A DNA stretch of 64,000 bases from positions 64,001 to 128,000 of the forward strand of contig CBDFGR010000003.1 of assembly GCA_965247115.1 (NCBI GenBank). Direction: 5' to 3'. The notes below the pieces were generated by a model, which saw only the letters and a list, made by a program, of their open reading frames with translations, did no database searches and had not been told where the DNA came from. Below, in pieces: positions 58,731-64,000 of the stretch; within the stretch, counting starts at the first letter, position 1; each line of letters starts with the position of its first letter. The DNA is from Myxococcota bacterium. GTDB taxonomy: Bacteria > Myxococcota_A > UBA9160 > SZUA-336. A program made the position numbers and the translations under genes.

Positions 58731-61276
58731 TCGCCTTGCTCCGCGAGTCGCCGCAGGCGTTCGAGCTCAACGAGGGCTTCGAGCGGCGTCATCCCGTCTG
58801 TGTCCAGCGCTCGGAGGGCGGTCCGCAGCGGATCGGGAGCTCCAGAGAAGAGCTGAAGCTGCGCGGGAGCGTCCCCCGCTTCGCGGGCCAGCCGCGGAGT
58901 GCCGCGATCGTCAAACTCTCCTCCTTCGAGATTTGCAAGGATCTCCCGTGCACGGCGGATCGCCTCAGCGGGGAGACCCGCCATCCGCGCTACCTCGATG
59001 CCATAGCTGCGACTGGCGGCACCCGGCTCCATGCGCCTCAGGAAGAGGACCTCGCCGTCCCGTTCCGCACACGCAAAGTGAAAGGTCTTCACCGCCTCTT
59101 TCGTGTGCGTCAGGTCCGCCAGCTCGTGATAGTGGGTCGCGAACAACACCCGGGAACGCAAGCCCGGAGCGTCGTGCAGATACTCAGCCACGGCCCAGGC
59201 AATCGAAAGGCCATCGAAAGTCGACGTGCCTCGCCCGATCTCATCAAGGATCACGAGACTGCGCGGGCTGGCCTGATCGAGAATCGTGGCCGTCTCGCGC
59301 ATCTCCGTCATGAAGGTGCTCTCCCCGGTGACAATCGAGTCGGAAGCGCCGACCCGCGTGAAGATCCGATCCGCGACCCCGATGCGTGCGCGCCGCGCCG
59401 GTACGAAGGCGCCCATCTGGGCGAGCAGGGTGACCAGCGCGACCTGGCGCAGGAAGGTCGACTTCCCGGACATGTTGGGACCCGACAGGATCAGAAAGCG
59501 TGCGTGAGCCGGCTCGAGGACCACGTCGTTCGGGATGAATCCGTCCGGCGTGAAGCGCTCGACGACCGGGTGCCGACCGCCCTCGATCTCGATGCGCAGG
59601 GAGTCGTCGAGCTCGGGCCGCACGTAGTCGCCCTCGCGCGCCACCTGCGCGAGCGACTGCGCCACGTCGAGCTCGGCGATCGCGTCCGCGACCCGACGCA
59701 CACGCCCGGCCTCGCGCACAACGAGAGTACGCAGGTCCGCCAGCACCCGAGCCTCGCGAGCCGCCGCGCGCTCGCGCGAGCGGAGCACGACTCCCTCCCA
59801 GCGCTCGAGCTCTTCGGTCGTGAAGCGCTCCCCGTTCACGGTGGTCTGCTTGCGCTTGTACTCGTCGGGGACTTTGTGCAGGTGGCTTCGCGTCACCTGA
59901 ATCGAGTAGCCGAAGACCCGGTTGTACTTGAGCTTGAGCGAGTGAATGCCGAGCCGCTCTCGCTCGCGCGTCTCGAGCCGCGAGAGGAACTCGTCCCCCT
60001 CCCGCGTTTCCGCACGCACACCGTCAAGCTCCGCGTCGATGCCGGTACTGATGTAGCCCGTGTGCGGCTCGCCGCGCGGAGCCGGCGGCGGGCTCTCGAC
60101 GACCACACGCTCGAGCTCCAAGCGCACCTCGGAGAGGGCGTCCGCCAGGGGTAGAACCTCGTTCACGGCCGCGACTCCCTGCAGGCCCGCACGCAGTCGC
60201 GCGAGCTCTGTGGGACCGGAGACGGGCTGGCAGGCTCGGCTCAAGCTGCGCTCGAGATCCCCCACCCGGCTCAGAGCGGCCGCCAGCGCGGCACGGCGAC
60301 TATCGGGCTCGAGCCACTCCTCCACGCGCTGCTGGCGCGCTCGGATGGCATCCAGATCGATCAGGGGCTCCCCCAGCCAGCGTTCGAGCCTGCGCCTGCC
60401 GAGCGGCGTCCGCGTCTGATCGAGAAGCTCGAACAGGGTCCCCCCGCGGCCACCGTCACGCAGGTTTCGGAACAGCTCCAGGTGTCGGCGCGTCGACGCG
60501 TCGAGCAGCAATCGGTCGTTCGGCTCGTAGCGGCGCAGCGCACCGACCTGGTCGAGCGCGCCCGGCTGCAGGCTACCCACGGTGGCCCAGAGCGCCGCGG
60601 CCGCGCGGGCCGAAAGCGAGGTGTCGCCCTCGCAAAGTCCCTCGGGCAGGCGCCCGACGCGTTCCCTGACGGAGGCGGGAACAAAGTCAGAGTCGGGGGC
60701 GGGGCGTACCCGGACCTCTGGCGGGAGGTTCTTCTCGGCCCCGCGGGCCACGATCTCACGCGGTGCGATGCGGTCGAGCTCGGCGTCTTGAACCGCGCGC
60801 TCTGTCGTTTCCGCTGCTGCGAACTCACCCGTCGACACGTCGAGGTAGGCCAGGCCGAAGCCCTCAGAATCCGAGATCACAGCTGCGAGATAGTTCGGGG
60901 CTGCACCCTCGAGGCGTTCGGGGTTGGAGACGAGGCCAGGAGTCGCGACCTCGACGATCTCGCGTTTCACCAACCCTCTGGCCTGGCGCGAGTCCTCGAC
61001 CTGCTCCGCGATCGCGACGGATTTTCCCGCCTTGAGAACCTTGCGGACGTAGCCTTCCAGCGCGTGGAAAGGCACGCCGCACATCGGCATGGGATTCGGC
61101 GCGTCCTTGTCCCGAGAAGTCAGGACGATGTCCAGCAGCGGAGCCGCCTCCTCCGCGTCGGCGCCAAACAGCTCGTAGAAATCCCCCATCCGAAAGAACA
61201 GCAGCGCCTCCCCAGCCTGACGCTTGAGACTCCGGTACTGCCTCATCATCGGGGTGTCCGTGGGCTGCCGCGCCAT
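58727..61276 (-). CDS. mutS: DNA mismatch repair protein MutS
   Basis: TPMMRQY, FFRMGDFYELF, GPNMSGKST, GESTFM.EM, DEIGRGTST, FATHYHEL. Confidence 0.98.
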   Translation of the reverse strand: MARQPTDTPMMRQYRSLKRQAGEALLFFRMGDFYELFGADAEEAAPLLDIVLTSRDKDAPNPMPMCGVPFHALEGYVRKVLKAGKSVAIAEQVEDSRQARGLVKREIVEVATPGLVSNPERLEGAAPNYLAAVISDSEGFGLAYLDVSTGEFAAAETTERAVQDAELDRIAPREIVARGAEKNLPPEVRVRPAPDSDFVPASVRERVGRLPEGLCEGDTSLSARAAAALWATVGSLQPGALDQVGALRRYEPNDRLLLDASTRRHLELFRNLRDGGRGGTLFELLDQTRTPLGRRRLERWLGEPLIDLDAIRARQQRVEEWLEPDSRRAALAAALSRVGDLERSLSRACQPVSGPTELARLRAGLQGVAAVNEVLPLADALSEVRLELERVVVESPPPAPRGEPHTGYISTGIDAELDGVRAETREGDEFLSRLETRERERLGIHSLKLKYNRVFGYSIQVTRSHLHKVPDEYKRKQTTVNGERFTTEELERWEGVVLRSRERAAAREARVLADLRTLVVREAGRVRRVADAIAELDVAQSLAQVAREGDYVRPELDDSLRIEIEGGRHPVVERFTPDGFIPNDVVLEPAHARFLILSGPNMSGKSTFLRQVALVTLLAQMGAFVPARRARIGVADRIFTRVGASDSIVTGESTFMTEMRETATILDQASPRSLVILDEIGRGTSTFDGLSIAWAVAEYLHDAPGLRSRVLFATHYHELADLTHTKEAVKTFHFACAERDGEVLFLRRMEPGAASRSYGIEVARMAGLPAEAIRRAREILANLEGGEFDDRGTPRLAREAGDAPAQLQLFSGAPDPLRTALRALDTDGMTPLEALVELERLRRLAEQGE

Positions 61277-61394
61277 CTCGCCGTCTCCTCCCCTCGCGGC
61301 CAGTCTACTGTAGCGGCAGGACCGCGGCCGCCCGGCCCGGTCGAGCTTGACCCGGCGCTTGACCCAGTGTCGCTGACTGCGGTAAAGAGAGTTC

Positions 61395-61481
61395 GTGCGT
61401 CGACTGGACCCGAACGCGTTCGCCTTTGCCTATTACCGCTGGTTTACCAGCGGGGCACGAGGGACCTGCGCGATCCAGTAG
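61395..61481 (+). CDS. Aromatic-amino-acid leader peptide MRRLDPNAFAFAYYRWFTSGARGTCAIQ
   Basis: 28-aa GTG ORF with six aromatic residues in nine codons, directly upstream of a terminator and the DAHP synthase gene. Confidence 0.85.
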   Translation: MRRLDPNAFAFAYYRWFTSGARGTCAIQ

Positions 61482-61508
61482 AACGCATCCGCAGGTAAGA
61501 CCCTTTCC

Positions 61509-61540
61509 AGCCCCGAGAAGAGTTTCTCGGGGTTTTTTTT
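61509..61540 (+). terminator. Intrinsic terminator of the attenuator
   Basis: CCCCGAGAA-GAGT-TTCTCGGGG followed by T8, 42 nt before the DAHP synthase ATG. Confidence 0.92.
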
Positions 61541-61582
61541 CGCCGGGGCCAGACCCGGCTCCAGCTAGCGAGGAAGCTCCCG

Positions 61583-62677
61583 ATGCAAGAACAACTCGAC
61601 GGCGCAGGCCCCACCCTCCTGCCTTCGCCCGCAGAGCTGAAGACCCGGCTCCCCAGGGGAAGCGCGGCTCGGGCCGTGGTGAAGTCTGGCCGCCGCGCGA
61701 TCGCGGACGTCCTCCACGGCCGCGATGCTCGTTTCGTCGTGGTTGCTGGCCCCTGCTCACTCCACGACCCCGAAGCGGCCCTGACCTACGCGCGGCGCCT
61801 GGCACGGCTGGCACGCGAGACGAGCGACGTGCTGGCGATCGCCATGCGCACGTACGTGGAGAAGCCCCGGACGGCGCTGGGCTGGAAGGGTCTGGTCAAT
61901 GATCCCGACCTCGACGGCTCGTGCGACATCGCGCTCGGGCTCGAGCGCAGCCGACGGCTGCTGCTCCAGATCAACGAGCTCGGGCTGCCCTGCGCCAGCG
62001 AGATCATCGATCCGATGACCCCGCACTATCTTGGCGACCTGCTCAGCTGGGCCGCGATTGGCGCACGTACTTCGGAGAGCCAGACCCACCGTGAGCTGGC
62101 CAGCGGACTGCCCATGCCGGTGGGCTTCAAGAACGGGACCTCGGGGGCGCTCGATGTTGCGTGGAACGGAGTCGTAGCGGCGCGTCGACCGCACAGCTGC
62201 TTCGGACTGGACTCGCACGGACGAGCTGCGCAGCTGCGTACTCCGGGGAACCCGGACGTGCACCTCGTCCTGCGCGGCGGTGGCGGTCGCACCAACTTCT
62301 CCGTCGAGGACGTAGCAAGCGCCAGCGCACGCCGGAATGGTCTGGCGCGGCCGCTGTTGATCGACTGCTCCCACGACAACTCCGGCTTCGACCCGGGGCG
62401 TCAGGCAGGCGTCTGCCGGGCGGTGCTCGAGCAGCTGCTCGACCGCGGAGAGACCCCGATCCTGGGGATACTGCTAGAGAGCCATCTGCTCCCTGGCCGG
62501 CAGGACTGGGCACGCGGTAAGCAGCTCGAGTTCGGCGTCTCGATTACCGACGGCTGCATCGGCTGGGAGGAGACCGAGGCCCTGCTCTACGAGATCGCGG
62601 AGGCTGTCGCCCGCTCGAAACGACAGCGCGCTCCAGATACCCTGCGCCTCGGAACAGCCATGAGGGAGTGTTCGTGA
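61583..62677 (+). CDS. 3-deoxy-7-phosphoheptulonate (DAHP) synthase, class I-alpha (AroF/G/H-like)
   Basis: GPCS.HD, R.YVEKPRT..GWKGL.NDP, AIGART.ESQ.HR, DCSH.NS, SITDGCI.W. Confidence 0.95.
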   Translation: MQEQLDGAGPTLLPSPAELKTRLPRGSAARAVVKSGRRAIADVLHGRDARFVVVAGPCSLHDPEAALTYARRLARLARETSDVLAIAMRTYVEKPRTALGWKGLVNDPDLDGSCDIALGLERSRRLLLQINELGLPCASEIIDPMTPHYLGDLLSWAAIGARTSESQTHRELASGLPMPVGFKNGTSGALDVAWNGVVAARRPHSCFGLDSHGRAAQLRTPGNPDVHLVLRGGGGRTNFSVEDVASASARRNGLARPLLIDCSHDNSGFDPGRQAGVCRAVLEQLLDRGETPILGILLESHLLPGRQDWARGKQLEFGVSITDGCIGWEETEALLYEIAEAVARSKRQRAPDTLRLGTAMRECS

Positions 62678-63141
62678 GCGAGCGACCGTTCTCCGTGCTA
62701 GGGCTGCAGCAAATCGCGATCGGCTCTGACGACAAGTCGAGGCTGCACCGTCTCTGGGTGGAGCTCTTGGGGCTGCAACAGAGTGGAAGCTTCAAGAGCG
62801 AGTCGGAGAACGTCGACGAGGACATCGCCACGCTGGGCTCGGGTCCCCGCCAGGTGGAGGTCGACCTGATGCAGCCGATCGATCCCGACGCCCGGCCGCG
62901 CGTGAGCACGCCCGCGCTGAACCACATCGGGCTCTGGATCGACGACCTTCCAGCAGCCGTCCGCTGGCTCGAAGAGCAGGGCATGCGCTTCACCCCCGGC
63001 GGCATCCGCAAGGGCGCCGCAGGACACGACGTCTGCTTCGTCCACCCCGTCGCGAACGACGAGTTCCCCCTGAGCGGCGAAGGTGTCTTGATCGAGCTCG
63101 TCCAGGCCCCCCCCGCCGTCATCGAGGCCTTCCGCCCATAA
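62674..63141 (+). CDS. VOC-family protein (methylmalonyl-CoA epimerase/glyoxalase-like)
   Basis: [37 protein letters not shown] overlap with the DAHP synthase stop. Confidence 0.85.
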   Translation: MSERPFSVLGLQQIAIGSDDKSRLHRLWVELLGLQQSGSFKSESENVDEDIATLGSGPRQVEVDLMQPIDPDARPRVSTPALNHIGLWIDDLPAAVRWLEEQGMRFTPGGIRKGAAGHDVCFVHPVANDEFPLSGEGVLIELVQAPPAVIEAFRP

Positions 63142-63214
63142 CTTGGGGACGGTCCTTAGTTATAACTCTTCCGCGCTTTCCAAGAGTTATAACTAAGGAC
63201 CGTCCCCAAGTTAT
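63138..63214. repeat. Perfect 33-bp inverted repeat with 11-nt spacer
   Basis: ATAACTTGGGGACGGTCCTTAGTTATAACTCTT (63138-63170) and its exact reverse complement (63182-63214), between convergent genes. Confidence 0.93.
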
Positions 63215-63226
63215 TCCAGGTTTGGG

Positions 63227-64000
63227 TTAGCCCTCGTAGACTCGGTCGCCGCGGTGTAGGCGGAGGGCGATGGTGGCGGTTTGCTGGCCCGCTCGTCGGG
63301 TCGGGCAGTGGGCAGCCAGGTTGCGGACGACGCCGACCAGGATGTGCTCTGCCTCGGCGCCCCCGTTCCAGGCCCGTGCTTGCCTGACTCCAGCCTCGAG
63401 CACCTGCAGGGAGTGGAAGTCGAGGTCTTCGCGCACGGTCGCGAAGGTGAGGGTATCTACCAGCTCGGCAAAGGGGTGTCCCAGTCTGACGTAGCGGGCT
63501 ACCAGTCGGGCAGTTGTCTCGATCTCTCCTCTGCGGTCGAGGTGGATCAGCAGTGACTCCTGTAGCTCCTTGGCACTGTCCGGGAGCTCATCGAGCTCGC
63601 TCCCCACTCCTGGCAGCCTTGCCGGCGGAACATTGAGAAAGCGATCGGTGTAGACCGCGATCGCCGCTTGCAGGATCGCGCGCACCACGTCAGGTGTGGG
63701 GCTGCGCAGGATCGCCTGGTGCACGGCATTGGCGTGGATGAAGGTGTGTTGCGGGTTGAACCAGTCGGTCACCTCGTTGGAGGTCGCGAAGCGCGCGAGA
63801 CGCAGGGCCGCCACGTAGGCGACACGTCGCGCGAGCAGCTCCGGCGTCGCTCCCTGCCGCAGCGCGTCCACCAGGCTGTGGATGATCGCGAGCGGATCGT
63901 CGCCGAGCAAGATGTCGGCCAGATGCTTCGATTCCGTCCACGTCTTGCCCTGGCCCTCACGCATGAGCTCGGAAAGTGAGCGCTCCGCCGCCCGTAGAGG
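63227..64000 (-). CDS. Partial gene (3' part); helical domain of the type found C-terminal to Rieske 2Fe-2S domains
   Basis: Frame is open to the window edge; RFATSNE..DW....HTF..ANAVHQ and REDLDFH.LQ..EA motifs. The Rieske domain itself is not visible. Confidence 0.65.
   Translation of the reverse strand, partial: PLRAAERSLSELMREGQGKTWTESKHLADILLGDDPLAIIHSLVDALRQGATPELLARRVAYVAALRLARFATSNEVTDWFNPQHTFIHANAVHQAILRSPTPDVVRAILQAAIAVYTDRFLNVPPARLPGVGSELDELPDSAKELQESLLIHLDRRGEIETTARLVARYVRLGHPFAELVDTLTFATVREDLDFHSLQVLEAGVRQARAWNGGAEAEHILVGVVRNLAAHCPTRRAGQQTATIALRLHRGDRVYEG

Noticed and set aside
63138..63214. Resemblance to the I-CeuI/23S rRNA site (ACGGTCCT, TATAAC)
   Set aside because: Only short scrambled matches, with no rRNA context.

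Overview
A 64-kb, high-GC bacterial chromosomal window. Gene content and order (mutS-amidase-glnD ... xerD-nucleotidyltransferase-scpA-scpB-rluB, a Ser/Thr kinase, PP2C, several LLM oxidoreductases) suggest a Myxococcota/deltaproteobacterial lineage; this is inference. It holds housekeeping genes (hisH/hisF, efp, tRNA-Val(GAC), scpAB, xerD, glnD, mutS, DAHP synthase), many acyl-CoA/redox enzymes, and a small RAYT + IS481-remnant insertion. Best signals: (1) a rhodanese-class III nucleotide cyclase fusion split by an in-frame UGA at the rhodanese active-site loop (YCL-U-TGEASS) and followed by a well-placed SECIS-like hairpin, i.e. a candidate selenoprotein cyclase missed by the ORF track; (2) a complete ribosome-dependent attenuator with a Phe/Tyr/Trp-rich leader peptide upstream of DAHP synthase; (3) a chromosomal, non-mobile Sul-type dihydropteroate synthase; (4) a ~1400-aa GGDEF/AAA-ATPase/HEAT protein; (5) several deletion junctions and premature stops indicating gene decay or assembly chimerism. 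All family calls come from motifs read by eye; no searches were run.
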